DNA from: Antedon mediterranea
Taxonomy: Eukaryota; Animalia; Echinodermata
DNA length: 64,000 bases
Assembly: GCF_964355755.1 (NCBI RefSeq)
Contig: NC_092676.1
Span: 15,518,871 to 15,582,870 of the forward strand
Reading direction: 5' to 3'
Under the pieces are notes generated by a model. It was not told where the DNA came from. It searched no databases and worked only from the letters and a program-made list of their open reading frames with translations. This document shows, piece by piece, positions 14,301 to 29,800 of the stretch. Made by a program: the position numbers and the translations under genes. Each line of letters begins with the position of its first letter. Within the stretch, counting starts at the first letter, position 1.

Positions 14301-17300
14301 TGTTTACTATAGGCCTATATTCATTTATTCTAATACTCAAATTGCTGTTATGAGTACAAAATAAAATACAAAAACAATCTGCTAGTGGGTACAAATAAAA
14401 ACACTGACTGAAAGAGTAGCATTGGTATTCTGATAAGATATATAGAGGTTTTATAATTATAATGCATGCAAGTCTAATAGAAAAGATCATGGTTTAGGAG
14501 CAACACTGAAAACTGAGTAGGCCTAACACTGAATAAAGGAATACCCGATAGCAAATAGCTGGTCAACTCTAAAGCTAAAACACATAAAATGCATAGTTCT
14601 AATAATGTTTTTATGGAGAAAACAAGATTTTTAGAAAATTAGTTTAAGAAACTTTACAACATTTCAGACCTCATACAAATATTCAGTATATACAAAATAA
14701 AGATATTTGGTCATAAATTCTAAAAATGGAAAAGGTGAAATAAACCATCAAGCACAAAATTGAGAATTCAATATGTAATTGTAAAGATCTACAAAGATGA
14801 GAAATTTAGATTTTACCGATACTAACTATAAATGTCCTAACATAAACTTTCGTGCTATTTCTCTTTCTTCATCAACATGTTATCGCGCTGAACAGTACTG
14901 TTTGATGTACATCACGTATAAAAAAAAGAACAAGCTATTTTATCTCAATCAGTTGTCCTTTGGGTATTTCGTTTAGTAAAAGTTGTTCATTCAAGTTATT
15001 TTTTCTTCATTTAACAACATTTCCTTTATTTGTAAGACTACCATGGCAACATACTTAGGTAAATGTAAGTTGGTTGTTATTGGTCGAAAGTAAGTAACCT
15101 AATTTCTCGACCACCCTGTGTATTATAATTCAATAACTGCTCTCTATTGCACCAGGAAGTAATTTCTGGAAGATAACGATTGAGCGAACAAATACATTTA
15201 AATCCCGTTAAGTGCAAATTAGGTACTTACTGTGGATGAGTTTGAGCATTTACCGATAATGCTTAGCCAATTTAGTGCACATTTCCATTCTTAGTATATG
15301 TTATCTACATATTGTTTTTAAACAGGCTTAAGAAGAGTACCGTACTTTAGCCGAACCATACGACTATTAATGTCCAAAGAATAGATAGCATTTTATATTC
15401 TGTTTAAGTTGTCCCTTTTTGTGTACAATCTGCATGTGCTGTCTATTGATTTATGTTACCATTGGGATATTGTTAAGTTGCTTCATAAAAGGACAATCAT
15501 TAAACGCAATGAAAACCAAAAGGTCTCAAATTGTTATATTTCTTTGAAAATAATAATAAAGTATTGTTTTTATTTTTCTATCTATATTTCTGATATGATT
15601 TATTGCGTGTTTTATTTGTATGTGGCATCGTAAATAATAGAAGATGTTCTCTATGAGATAGATTATCTTTCAGTTGACTAGATTACAACGAGGTAATGTC
15701 ATACGAGTCGTCTACTTGTTAATAAATCTGAATTTATTACAATTGCGGATGTTTAATCATATTAATATACAAACTTGTTTTAAATTCTCCAATATCTGTC
15801 AAAAACAAACACATAACATGTAAACAATTTTTTTTTTCAAAATGTAATTATTTTGAATTCTAATAAAAACAATGCAGGTGTTTTGGTGACCAAAGTGATA
15901 CAGGTAATACCTGCCTATTTCAAGAGAGGGATTTAAATGTCCAAATCATTTAAAAGTATTGGCAATTATGAAATCGATCAACGTTAATAAACGTTCTGTT
16001 TGAAAAGAAATTAATTAATTGGTTTAAAATGCGTTATAATAATTCGGTAAGGTTCATTTGTGTTGATATTATATTTCATAATGATGGAATGTATGGAGAC
16101 ATGAAAGTAGCAATAGTTACCGTATTAAGAACAAGAATATGACAAATATGGGCAGTTTGTGTTGTGGTATTAATCATATTATTTTGTAATGTCTTGAATC
16201 TTGAATATAAATGATATTAAATTAGCTGATTAAGCAGTTATTTTAACTTTGATTATTTAACTTTACGATGAGTATACACTATCAGCATCACTGAACAGCA
16301 CTATGTAATTAACTCTTTTAAGATTCTTGTCTATCGAACATTCATGGAGTAATAACGATCGCAATCTTAATGAATAAAATATTTGATTTCCCCGAAGCAC
16401 CCAAACTGAGTAAAAAAGTTAATTATTTATAAAGAACTTCACTTTTATCCAGTTATGAATAATGTATGAACGTTAAAGTCACGTAATTATGGAATATTGT
16501 ATTTCAAAGTACTTCATGAAATGTATCAATTTTACACCGTCGTAGGCTGTTAGAGGCTACTTATAATAAATGTCGTTCATGCCTTAAGTAAGGTATACTT
16601 AATTGGTAACAATAGTCTTAATTAAGTAAACTATATCAAATATGAATAATTAGTGTACACTTTAAATTACATTGCCTTCGAGTCTCCATTTAAAGTAACT
16701 AAATAATTGTAACAATTATCTAAACCAGTTTTTAAAAACAAAAATAAGCTACAGTATTCAAATTTGACAATGACATTGTGTTTTACCAACACCTCAGCAA
16801 TCTTATAATACGTGCCATCATGCAGAACTACGGATAAAATGCAATCTTTACTAATTTGAATTTGTTGCCCGAACGTGTGTGTCTGAACCAAGTGACTAAA
16901 AGTAATATTAAAAATTAGATGTGTCATTGCACGGTTGTTCTGGACCAAAGAGCTACTGTATTTGTCCAGGAATCTTCCCTGATTTGTCCATTATTCTCGA
17001 ATAATAACGCGCGCGCACTTCATTGCTGATTTCGGTTTGACCACCCTTCTTGGTATGCCTACTGTATCTTTATACATATGTAAAAGTTCTATGATACAAA
17101 ATTACATCTTTATCATGGGAATGATTTTAAAGTTATATAAAAACAATATTAAAAGTGACACTGTATTTTTGGAATTGACTATGATACTAAAATTACTATA
17201 CCTACAGCAACTATGACAATTACCTGCATAAGAACATTGATCTGCTAGTTTCACAGGTTTGTGTTAATTTTGTGTAAATAATGCCCCATGGTTGAATGTT

Positions 17301-20300
17301 GAATCATATTTCGATTTGTACTACAGTACATTGATATGGGGATGGAAGAAATACATTTGAGCATATGAAATGTCTGCTTTTCAACCATGTAGTGTTTGAG
17401 TCTAAAGCGTGAATTGCCGCCAGTCAGTAGGCCTATTAGTCCTTAACCGTGTGTTATATCCTACGCATTTTAAACATAATCGGTTGCCGGTTTTTCCGCA
17501 TCATGTGAGATAGATACAATTTTTATAACCTTGATAGTATTTGCTGTATAAATATACCCACATAAGGAGATTACAACTAAAGCTGGGCACTGTAGACCTA
17601 TTGTAATTTAAAAAAAAATACTATTATATAACTATAACATTTTTGGAAAAAACCCAACCACAATGTTAGCAATTATTAAATAATATATGAATGTGAATGA
17701 CAAATTTAAAGGACCACTGTTCTTACAAGACTTTTATTTTTTTGGTGGCGATTTCATTTATCAAATGTCTTTTTCGATCACCTACCTCTTCTACATTTAT
17801 ATATCTAAGCTAAAAAAAGAATTGGTACCAGGTCTTATAAAATTCATCTTAGCCATCCGCAGTAATGGAGAAGATTGGAAGGTGTCAATAATCGGCAAGA
17901 TACGTTTGTAACCATTATTACTGATTCTACGTTTACAAAATAGGTCATGTATTCGAGTTTAGAACACATTGATACAAGATCACATCGTCTTAAAATCTGA
18001 ATAATGTTTTATTTATACGTTCAATGAAATGCTGATTTTAAGTTCGTGTTGCAAAATCTAGTGCGGAATATCTGTTTAGAATACTACTGTATAAAATCAA
18101 ATCGTGTGTAAGACACTCTATCCGGCCAGTTGCTACGGGATATATCATTCAAGGTACGGATTCGTTTATAGTTACGGAATAGAGACTACATTGTACAAGT
18201 ACGCTGATTGACACACGGATTATATTTTGTAATAATGTCCGTAGCGTAATATTGCAACTTAATAACGTTACGTAATCTTTTGTGAGCAACATTATTGATA
18301 CTTATTTAAAACTTGAATCTTTGTAGTTGGAGAGCGCTTTAATTTTAATTTACGTCAAATAATCAATAGGTTATGCTCGATACTCAACCCACGGATTTCT
18401 TCCGCCTTTTTGTGTCATCTATACGCATTAATAATAACTCAATTTCTCAGTTGCATTATTTTTAATTTGATTGGCTATTGCCAATGATATGTTATGATAG
18501 TGCTAATGATAATCATGGTTGATGATAGGGATATCATTGTAATTATCTAGTGGGTACACACCAAAAAGCCACTGCCATGTGCTGTCCTTTAAAACCTTTC
18601 AGCTCCGAAATTCACATCACTGCGGTATTCTAGAATACTGGCTATTCACACCACAAGAAATGGCGCAAAAACCAACGGTCGTTATATACATTTTGTGGTA
18701 TTTTTGCTGGTCACAAATTTGAACAATGTCAAGCAGACATAAATATATATGTCATTTATTTTGTAGATCAGGCTATGGCCCAAGCTAATATAAACGAATT
18801 TTGCGGCAATAACCAAGAATACAAACATGATTTTAACAGCGTTTCATTTTTACATGTTCTCTCTATTTCTATTTCGTTAAGTTCGTCTACGTAGGCCTAC
18901 GTAAATTTGTTTCTTATAAGATAATTAAAACGGTTGATGCCAGTTTTGAGAGCTAATATGTTATTTAAACGGTTGCTCTTTGTTAAAACTGTATTTTGTA
19001 TCACCTTAAAGCTGCCAATTCTCTCATCATAATATTCATTCATTCATTATTCACAGGTCCATTTCTTTCATTTGGCCTAATCGATCAAAGGTTTCGTCCA
19101 TATTTAGTTGAATTAATTATACTGTTGTATGAAGGTTTCTTATTCCTTATTCTTGATAGCTCAAGAAAATAAAAATACTAAGTTGAAGTAACTGTTGAAG
19201 TATGTTTGTAGATTGTTAATGTGGTTCTGATGTTGTGCTATTCGTTTGTGGGGAAATTAATTTGATTATGAGTTAGTACAATAGACTTGTAATAAATACT
19301 AGTATGGTAGTATTTACTATTGGTTATGCATTGTGTTTCATACTTTGAATTAAACAGAGTAAGTTAATAATCCACAATCATCGTCAATAAACCAATTGAT
19401 AAGTAAAGTAATAAATTTTCACCTCCATTTTTATCCAACATCAGCATCAAAATACTTTGCATACATCAAACGTAAGGATTCCACATTTGTTAATAAAATG
19501 TTTAGCACGAAATTAAAATATAACGAAGGTTACATTTATCGTTCTGTTTTCGCTGTTCAGATTTAAATACTTTCTTTTTATCAGCACATTTACACTTTTA
19601 ACTGTCTGATTCACAAATATTATTTTGCCAATTATGGTTGCAAATAATTCAAATTGTAATAATATGGTATTAATCTTTAGCTGAAAAGTTGGATCGATAC
19701 AGTACGGCAATACATTGCACCAATGCGGCATCAAATTATTTTAATAAGATAACCAGATCATTCCGATTGTGTGCTTCGGGCAAAAAAAATAGAATCACGT
19801 GTTTACGCAGACGTAAAAATCCTGCTATTGTTTTCATATTTAAAAATAATAATAAACAATATAGTTTTGAATGGTTATATTGTCGCTTTCTATCAAGATC
19901 ACTTTAACAAGGGTTTATCGACGATTCTGTATGCGTGCTAATACTGCAGGAATAATTCATATCGCCTTTATAAATACGCTTGACTGATAATAACTAGTCA
20001 CTGTGTTAACATAGACACTTTTTAAGGATAATATACATGTATGTACAATGAATATCACTGTGTAATATGGTTTGGAAATTATAGTATTATTGGAAAATGT
20101 AAAATATAAGAAGAATTTCCACTAAACCTACAAAATACTATAACGGCATGTATACATAAAGGATTCGCTCGTTTTTCCTTAATATGTAATATTATTAGCA
20201 CTAATGCTTCTATGGTTTACCATTAGGCATGATAACCTCGTGAACAATCCCATTCTAAGTGTATTTTAATTATGTTTTGTGAATTTTTTTAAACAAACAT

Positions 20301-20332
20301 ATTGACATAAAATAATGAGTTCCGTGTCTTAC

Positions 20333-20421
20333 CTTTCAATGGATACGTTTATAAATTCCTTAGCTTGCTGTCCACCACTACCAACTCTCTCTCTAAGTGT
20401 CCTCATTGCATTAGTTGCCAT
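20333..20421 (-). CDS. Candidate first coding exon of an unidentified - strand gene (MATNAMRTLRERVGSGGQQAKEFINVSIE-R/S)
   Basis: Strong start context AACATGG; 89 nt open frame with coding-like composition; consensus donor AAG|GTAAGA. No downstream exon was confidently found. Confidence 0.5.
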
Positions 20422-22545
20422 GTTCTTGAAAGCAAAATTCCAATCTACGTCGGTTTATAGAGCATTTATTATTGAGCGTTAAATGACAGACTCTACTTTA
20501 GAGGCCCAGGGCTAAACGAGTAATAACAGAAATTAAATTATCTTCGAATACACTTTTATAGAAAATCTAAAACACTGTTAAATGCAGCAATAATTTGTGA
20601 TGTCAATGAAACCTTAGGAGGAAGCTTTGGCAGAGGTAAAGCGAGGCACACGACTTGAACTGTACTGTTGAAAATAGATTACGAAGTGGACCCGCTCTTA
20701 GCTCAAGAAGTTATTGTCCGGTTTAGTTTTATCGCACAGCCTGTGCGATTAGTGCTACCAACCATAAATAGCTAACCTATCCACAGTTTTGGTTCAAAAT
20801 AGTGCCAAAGTATCGTGAGAAGATGCAATTATTAATATTCTTCCGCGTAAGTAAAGATTGCTTTACTTATCGTGATTCTAATTGGTCGAATCGTGACCAT
20901 CAGTTATAATATTGTAGCCAATGAAAGCTCATTGATATAACTTCAGCTGACTACCACAACGGTGTTCGTATTGCATACAAAATAATGTTTGAAGTAGTAT
21001 GTACGTCTGCGCTATAGTTTAATTATACACTATTAATGTGTGTGACGGTACGTATTCACTTCCTAACCTTGAGGACTGGCTAGGTTATTCTTAACAGATT
21101 ATTTTTTTACAAATGGATCCCATTGCATAATCACAAGTTTATCAATTAATTACTACATTCATATTCTCTATGTAATTACAATGGGCGGATAATTCGATCG
21201 TCCTTCCACCTTAGAGTACATGCGCTTGTGTTTAGCTAAACAGTGTAGTGCTATTAACAAGAGAAAAATATTCATTAAATAGGAATTATGTATTTGCATC
21301 CTTTAAGATCCATCTCTTAAGGTAATCCGGCCATATTTATTACGTCAATGTCATCATATTATTATAATAATAATTATTGTATGGATTATAATTTGTATTA
21401 TGCCAATCATCTAATGAGATATCATATCGATCAGTATCAAGTGGGCAATGTTGTACCACCGTATAAAATAAACCTACAATAAAAACACCCATGAGTGGGT
21501 TGTTATAATAGTAATAGTAATATAAATCTATCAAATTATTAATTTCTTCATATTTTCAACATTTTCTAAAGAAAGATCGCTTACAATAAGAGCTGTCTTT
21601 ATGTAACCCAATATATATAGGCCTTTAAAGTTTCAGTAAGCTATACTCAAATCAGGGACGAATGGATGTAGGTCTGTATAGTTACGTATTATGCGTTATT
21701 TGTAAATTTACATGTGGTTCACGTAAAAGATGGTCTTAATTGTTATTTAAATTACAATAAATAAATAAAATTGGTCAGTTTATAGACATTATAAACTAGG
21801 TCTCATGTGCTAAGGTGGACTAGGTGTTCACTTTTATCTAATCCTCCTTTAAGGCACCCGATTCTTGGCACTATATTTTCCAGTATCATAAGGAAATTCG
21901 TATCACATGTGTTTCACATGAGATGCTGTATTACGGAATTTTTCAATGATACTGGGGAAATATTGTCGTATTTGATATAGCATTGATAATCGGGAACTTG
22001 AGGTTCAATCCAGGTCCAGGTATAGGTCTACATAACTGTAGGCCTATAAAAAAGGTAGGCCCAAAGTGGGGCCCTTCTAATGTAAATAAAAATTGGACAC
22101 TAAACACTGGTTATGGTTTATAGGCAATATTGAGAAGATCAGTTCTACCCATAACTGGTGCCGTGCCGTGGCTCGGCGAACGACCGGCCATCGACATTAA
22201 AAAATTCAAACCGTGTCATAAATTACAAGTATAAAACATAGGCCTACAATAACAATATTCAACCAAAGTATAGATTGCCATTCATTCGTATAATGTTCTC
22301 TAGGCATAACTTTAACAGAATTTGTAATTTACTAATAAAGAATTCTAACCCAATTGTGTAAAATAGGCTTGAATGCTTATGAGAGAGTGCAAACAACTAG
22401 GGTGCAAGACGTAGCTAAAGCAGTTCGGTGTAGCCGAACTTGTGAATACGTGATTGCAAGAGGACAGGCCGTATTTCAACATTATAGCATAATAACATAA
22501 CATAATAGCTTGTGGTCAATTCGCTTGCGTTGCGGCTTACAGTAC

Positions 22546-22721
22546 AGCTTGGTTCCCACTAAGACGCAACGCAAGGACATAAACGCAACGCAAGTGTTTT
22601 GACCAATGACAGCTGGCGACAGTTCGATTAATCCTCACTTACGTTGCGTCTACGTCTTTGCGTTGCGTTCTAGTGAGAACAAGCTTAAGTCCTTTCGTTG
22701 CGTCCTAGTCGGAACCAAGCT
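22546..22721. mobile_element. Small foldback MITE (AGCTTGGTTCCCACTA...TAGTGAGAACAAGCT) with a duplicated right end; degenerate copy at about 56452-56547
   Basis: Inverted arms containing ACGCAACGCAAG / TTGCGTTGCGT. Confidence 0.75.
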
Positions 22722-23655
22722 ATGTTCATGTACGCTTAGATTTTTTTAAAGACAATTTCAACAGCGAATTGTTTTGTGAAAATGTTAGTGTGAATAGATA
22801 TTTGTCATTAAGTTTGATAACCATATTTATATTAATCATGTATTTGTATTCTGTATTTTTCTTCTGTACACATGTAAATAACTAAACGCATAGTATCGTA
22901 TATTTGATTCGTTGGGTGGCGCTATTAGGGTGAGTGTGATTGAATGTAGTGAAAACGTTAAATTCCGCCTTGTTTGCTAAAGGTTGCTTAAAGAGCTAAT
23001 TAACTATATGTTAACTAATTCTTTTAAAATCATTACATTGATTCAAACATACTTTATTATTTTATGCTTTAGGTTACTTTACATAAGGTAAATCATAAAT
23101 CTAGATTTTGTGTTTAATCAATTTGACATTACAATGACTATCAATATCGTCGAGTTTTGTTAATTGGCAATACATTCAATATTATGCCTACAATACACAA
23201 CGTTAAAGGGATAATACATTTGTGTATTATTTCACACGTCATGCCTAGTAATACAGGAATTTTTTGTTTGTGTAAAAACCTTCCATCTATCATAGAAATA
23301 GCACTCTCTCTAATCTTGCAATTAGCAACATTGTAGGCACTCGGGAAACGCAGAAAATGTTTACGGGAACTGATAATAGGAGTGATGGATTGTGTCAGGC
23401 TTTTGAGATGTTTCAAAATGCTCATATACCTGCAATTACACATTATCCATCTGTAGCCTTTTGGCTCCATGCATTAATATCTGATTAGTAGTATCATTAA
23501 GTCTCTTCATAAACAAAGATGTTTCCATGGCATCACTGTCCGCCGCTTGCATTTTGTTGTGCGCACGGTAGATCACATGAGAAACTACAGTAGTACTGAT
23601 TGTGTATTTATGCTAACAATGACAGTATTCGTTATTTCTTTAACGACTCTTTTAA

Positions 23656-23989
23656 AGATGTATTGTCCCCCTGAACATATAATTTTTGAATTTTTTGTTG
23701 TTGAATATGCCATTTTAATGTCACCTAATAGTTATTTACTTTGACCAAAAATTGGATTGGGAAAAAATTATTACCTGAAAAAACCCTGTAATTTAAAGCA
23801 AAAAAAAAAAACCAGTCAAATTTGGGTTTTTTGTTTAATTTAACCGTTTATTTTGTCATTATTATAAGTGAAAACATTATTTTTTCTGTTTTTTATTTCT
23901 ACAGAAGTGATTAACTTTGTTAAAACTACAAAATGGCATATTAAAAGTCTGATTTATTAATCTTCATTTTTCTGGGGAACAATACATCT
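23656..23989. mobile_element. TTAA-flanked MITE (Kolobok-like), copy 1
   Basis: TTAA|AGATGTATTGTCCCC ... GGGGAACAATACATCT|TTAA; homologous to 49856-50178. Confidence 0.85.
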
Positions 23990-25930
23990 TTAAGGGTATG
24001 AAAGAACATTCTTTTCAATATGGAGCAAAGCATAAAAGTATAACAATTTGGTATGGATAACATCATTTAAAAAAACATCAACACCTTCATTAATAATTGC
24101 ACTATTTTTTGGTACAGAAATCTTTCGGGTTCAATAGAATGAAGTCAGTAAATGTCGAGTTTATATGGATTACTGTATGAGAGCAATATTCTTTTGTAAT
24201 AGACAGTTGTTGCTTTCTGCTTGGTTTTCCGACATAGAGTATCCCCTGCTGGTCATGTTTAGTTAAATTGTTAATATCAAATATAATCCGATTAGGCCCA
24301 TTCACCCATTTAATAAAATATGAATGTAAAATAATGAAGCCTAAAATAATATTTCCAAAATTCATAGCAAAGTTAGAAAATTACACAAATAAGAAAAACT
24401 ATTTTTTTTTTAAATTTTGGGAATAATTGTAGGCCTATACGCATGTAAACTTCACTGAATTTAGGTAATTTTAATTATTTATTATGAATTATCACGAATC
24501 ATTAATAATTATGGTTAATAGAGTCCCCATATTTTTATCTATAAACTGATTTTTTGTTTGTAAGCTTTATTTTCTAAACGTTATGTGTTTTTTAAAAGAT
24601 ATCCATTGGTTTAGGAAAATGACATTTGCAATCTCCAGACTAACAGTGTGTCATCTAACAGGGGTAATTTCAATTAAATAGGCCAAAAGTAAAACACATT
24701 TTTTGTGATTTTCATATACATAAACATTTCGTTGACGCGAAGCGAACGTCTTTCAAAATATTTATTTGTCATCGTTTATATTCCATTCCATAAGTTTAAT
24801 ACGAATACAGAAAAACAATACAATCGATTTGTTGCTGAATTTCTTCTAAATGTCAAGTCATATGCACGACACCGCCCCCTCCCCCACCCTATTTTCTTCC
24901 TTCCACCGACAACATTTAGGTAAATTGAGCTAATATTATGTTAGGGTTAGGTTAATTCAATTTGTAATAATCGTCGGCGGTGTGCATCAATATTTGTTGT
25001 CTAGAGACAGTTGCTTGAGGAAGGGATAGTTTCCCAGGGGTATTTAGCGTATTGGGATGAGGTAGTTGCCCTCATATAAGAGTAGGTTGTCCGGAGAGTA
25101 GTTATTACAGTCAAGGAATGCTATCAAATGCTCGGACACAGCTTGCAACATAATCAAGAAGATCGGGTATTGGTCACGCCCTATATTTTATAACCAGGTT
25201 GTCTATCATTATCTCCCTGCTACAGAATTTTAAGTAAGCAAGGTTTCTTAACTATAAGGTTTCAGATATTCAAAACAAAATGATATTTTCTATCTTAAGA
25301 TGCAATTACTGTTCGGGCATTACTATTCCAACTTGATATATTGTTACATGAACGATGATCATTAGGTAGAATTACTTTAATCCGACTAAGGTTTAGTCAT
25401 AACTCTACAATCGTGTAATCTATTAGTGAAAACATAAAATGCGTTTACTTTATGTATAAATAAATGTCTTCAATTGCTTTGATTATCTATTTGTACAGTA
25501 TATCAAGAATTGTTTAGATTTGGCATCTGCGAATGAAAGGGTTTGTACAGGGTTGTACAGATATCAAGAATTGTTTAGATTTGACGTATTTAGCATTTGC
25601 GATTGCAAGGGTTATTACAGGTTTGTACATAATTATATCAAACAAGTTGTTTTAGATATGGTGTTCAGCAGACCATGCGAATGGAATAGTTGGAGACAAT
25701 GATATAACATATTCTATTGTTTTTTGCTATTTTTTAGGTGAAATCAAGTTGGACTTTAGTTAATATTATTAATATTTCATTTTATGAGAAGTTCAAGTAA
25801 ATTGAATTTTAATCAATAACCTAGACCAACTGAAATGTAAAACAGGTTTCTTTTACCTGATTGTGTAATCCTGGATAAATATATTGCTAAATAAATAAAT
25901 AATGTCATTGTAATGTAAATAGTACTACCG

Positions 25931-26218
25931 GTCCATGTTCATAGTACGCACCCCACGCTTTATCATGTTTGCGTGTACGTCCATGTTCATAGTACGCACC
26001 CCACGCTTTATCATGTTTGCGTGTACGTCCATGTTCATAGTACGCACCCCACGCTTTATCATGTTTGCGTGTACGTCCATGTTCATAGTACGCACCCCAC
26101 GCTTTATCATGTTTGCGTGTACGTCCATGTTCATAGTACGCACCCCACGCTTTATCATGTTTGCGTGTACGTCCATGTTCATAGTACGCACCCCACGCTT
26201 TATCATGTTTGCGTGTAC
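25931..26218. repeat. 48-bp tandem repeat, 6 perfect copies
   Basis: (GTCCATGTTCATAGTACGCACCCCACGCTTTATCATGTTTGCGTGTAC)6. Confidence 0.98.
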
Positions 26219-28035
26219 GATATAGTAATGAATAGTGTATAATTAATGCGTTGTGCCGAGATACAGTTGATAATTAAGTTAATAGGTTCATGATATTAAC
26301 TTACCATCCATCATTGTCTGAAAGATTATTCTAATCACTATCATTACTACATTGCAGATTATTAGGATTATAAAATGTTACATTTATGTGGTTCAAACCC
26401 GTCTTGAAGAAAAAAACACCGACATCAAGCTAGGTTTTAACGACAGAGTCAACGTTTTTTTTTTTTTAATGCTTTAATTTATGAAGAAAACAAATGTTGG
26501 TTCTGCGGCTTACAAAGACCAACGTTGATTTGTTAGATATTACCCATCTTAATAGAATCAGACTCCTATTTTGATAGCTCTTCTATTCATTACAGTCTTC
26601 CAATTTAGTTTTCCGGTATAGGACTGATAAAAATCATGAAACGAGTAAAAAAAATAAACTAGATAAAGTAAACCAAATATCAGGCCTCGATAACGTAAAG
26701 GCACAGATACACAAACTCTGATTCGCCGTACGCAAAAGCAAAAATGCTTTTGAACATTTTGGCCCTCGGCTCAAGGCGTAGAAAATCAATGTTGATTTGA
26801 TCCATTACTGTCTTCCAATTTCACAAATACACCGTTAGTGTACCATTAATAAACTTGGTATAAAAAAAACCATGAAATTAGAAAAGAAACTATAGGAAAC
26901 GTAAACCAAATATCAGGCTTCAATAGCGTAAAAGCAGTAGGGCCTACACATTAAAACCAAACAACGCTTAAACACAATATAGTGAATGTTTTGTTGTTTT
27001 ATAGGCATGGGACTTAATGCTTAGGTTTCGACAGTATCAGTGCTCTATACTAATTACAAATTATAATTATTCTTAACCTTGAAACATTTGAAACATGGTT
27101 AAAATACATATCTATTATAATGTATTGCAAATAATTTACAGTACCGGTATAATTTTAAAAATAATGTATGAATGTATTGTGGGTCAAATATTCAATGTTT
27201 GAAATACAGAAGTGTACAGTACAGTGTAATGTAATACATAATGATAGAAGTAATACAATAAATCAAACAAGATCCAATACGAAGAGTTGTTATAATAAAT
27301 TAGAAAGTATAATAACTTAACATTGAGCAATACCCAGCCGCATTTGTTCTGTATTTTCATATCCGTAACTGTATGTCATCAGAATTATCTTAAAATGATT
27401 TGATAAAAAAACTTTTACGTCAGGTGATGAACGTTTCCACGACATAACCACCAGCTACCCCGTAAATTTGAAAAACTACAAATGTAAACAGTTGTTTTTA
27501 TGCTAATAATACTTTTATAGAAAATTCTAAGACGTGAATTTTATTTTCCTTCTCGCTTATTTATCCAATGTTTTTTTTTCAAAACCACGTTAAATACCGT
27601 AGTCAATTGCATATCGATTATGTTCAAACACGTACTTTCGGTATTAAGAAAAGTAGCATCGTCTCCACAATATCGTATACCTCATTTATCATTGAATCAC
27701 TGTAATTTTGAAATAGAACCTAGATGTTGTTCGTGTAATTTGACTTCATTCATTAAATGTAATCGAAATTTTGAAATGGTAGATTTGAACGTTGAAACTC
27801 AACCACATTTATTTTTGAAATTTATAAATCGATTTCGACATTTTCGCATTTTGTGTATGGTCGAAATTGTCTTATCGTTATCAGACGTTAAAGAATAACG
27901 TTAAAACTGTCATCAGTCAGTATTGTACACGATACAAATACGACAAGATTGAAAACTTGAATATTCTAAAACAAAATACATATATTCATTGGTTTGGATT
28001 TGTTGGCATGGTAACCTGTTACTAAAGAATTTTAA

Positions 28036-28321
28036 ATTCTGTCCTCGTCCTCTGCCATTAGATTCTGTCCTCGTCCTCTGCCATTAGATTCTGTCCTCGT
28101 CCTCTGCCATTAGATTCTGTCCTCGTCCTCTGCCATTAGATTCTGTCCTCGTCCTCTGCCATTAGATTCTGTCCTCGTCCTCTGCCATTAGATTCTGTCC
28201 TCATCCTCTGCCATTAGATTCTGTCCTCGTCCTCTGCCATTAGATTCTGTCCTCGTCCTCTGCCATTAGATTCTGTCCTCGTCCTCTGCCATTAGATTCT
28301 GTCCTCGTCCTCTGCCATTAG
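28036..28321. repeat. 26-bp tandem repeat, 11 copies
   Basis: (ATTCTGTCCTCGTCCTCTGCCATTAG)11 with one substitution. Confidence 0.98.
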
Positions 28322-29800
28322 ATTATATCCGCTATTTTCATACCAATTCTCTTTCTCTAACTTTTAAAACTCCATAATTATTACCATTCCATGCTTTGTT
28401 TTTTAAAATGAAAATGGAAACTCTTGAATTATTTTTTATTATGGTTTATTGTTTACGGATTCGAAATAAAACAAATAAATAGGCCTATAGGCACATCATT
28501 TTTTCAGGTTACGGTAAGTAGACATTTAGTTTTCTCTAACTTTAACTGCTATATGTTAGGTTAGGTTGTATGACTTATTTAATTTATTTTGGTAGTATTT
28601 TAGGGTTGGTCTTTTGGTTAAATTTGACACAGATATGTACGTTTTGATCGATCAGGCTTAGATGTAGGCTTGCTTCGTTTTAATGCAGAATTATGCCTCG
28701 GATTGTGTGTGGGCCATTAGCTAGTAGACATTGTTGTGTTCATTTCCAGCAGAAGGTCTTGATGTGCTGGCAATTCAAACTTAACTTCGATTTTTATATT
28801 ACCAACGCCATATACATGGCTGCAGTCGCGTGGTCAAGTTAGTGTTTACCGACCGAACACCGACCGACCGACCAACCGACCGACCGACCGACCAACCGAC
28901 CGACCGATATAGTGAGCTGTAAAATATTTTACATTTAGGTGTACATACATTTTTACAGAAGCGCTATTGAAAATAGGAGTTCATTACTCATCAAATAATT
29001 TGAAAAGAGGTGATGCATTGAGAGAGATGGTAAATTGTAGTTTGAAAGATTCTAACTTTAGATCTTATCTTGATTAATCTATACAGGTGAACCTAGAATT
29101 AAGATATTAGATAAATGTTTAAGAGTTATTAATCTAATACAAATTATTTATCTACTGGAAATTCTTAAGGGCAAAAAAATGTAAAATCGCATTTCGAAAG
29201 ATGATTGTTGTATTTTGTATGTAGTGTATTGTATGACTTAAAAGTAACTACAGATTTTGACTTTTTTGAAAAGGTGATTTTTTTTTTCTCAAAACAGTTG
29301 AATGAAGAGAAAGAATATTTTTTAAATTTTGAAAAGAAAGAAAGATAAATGAACACAGCATGCATCTGTTGGATTTTCTTCATTAATCATGAAGTGTTTT
29401 TAATATTAGCGATAGCCGTATGAGATTTGCTTTCGTAAATCCTACTTCAATTGTTATATGAAGTTACGAGTAGCATAAAGCACTCCTTACACACAATTAT
29501 ATTTTTGAGGTATTATCCGCTTCACTCGAATGTAAATCATCTAGGACTATGTCATTACTTATTAATTGTTTTCTTATCCATAAATTGTTTATCAAAATCA
29601 GCACTTTGATATATAATATAAAAAATCGAAAAAATGCAAGTATTTGTAGGGTACAAATATATAAGAGGTATGCTAAAATACAATGCATGTTCTGATATCC
29701 CTGTTTAACACATGCATGACAATTGCTCATATTAAGTTTCTGCAAACATGCGCTATACATACTAAGGCTACAACAAGTATATGCTTATATGTTGTATGAG

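Noticed and set aside
25925-26242. Repetitive ORFs on both strands
   Set aside because: They are a by-product of a 48-bp in-frame tandem repeat that happens to lack stops.
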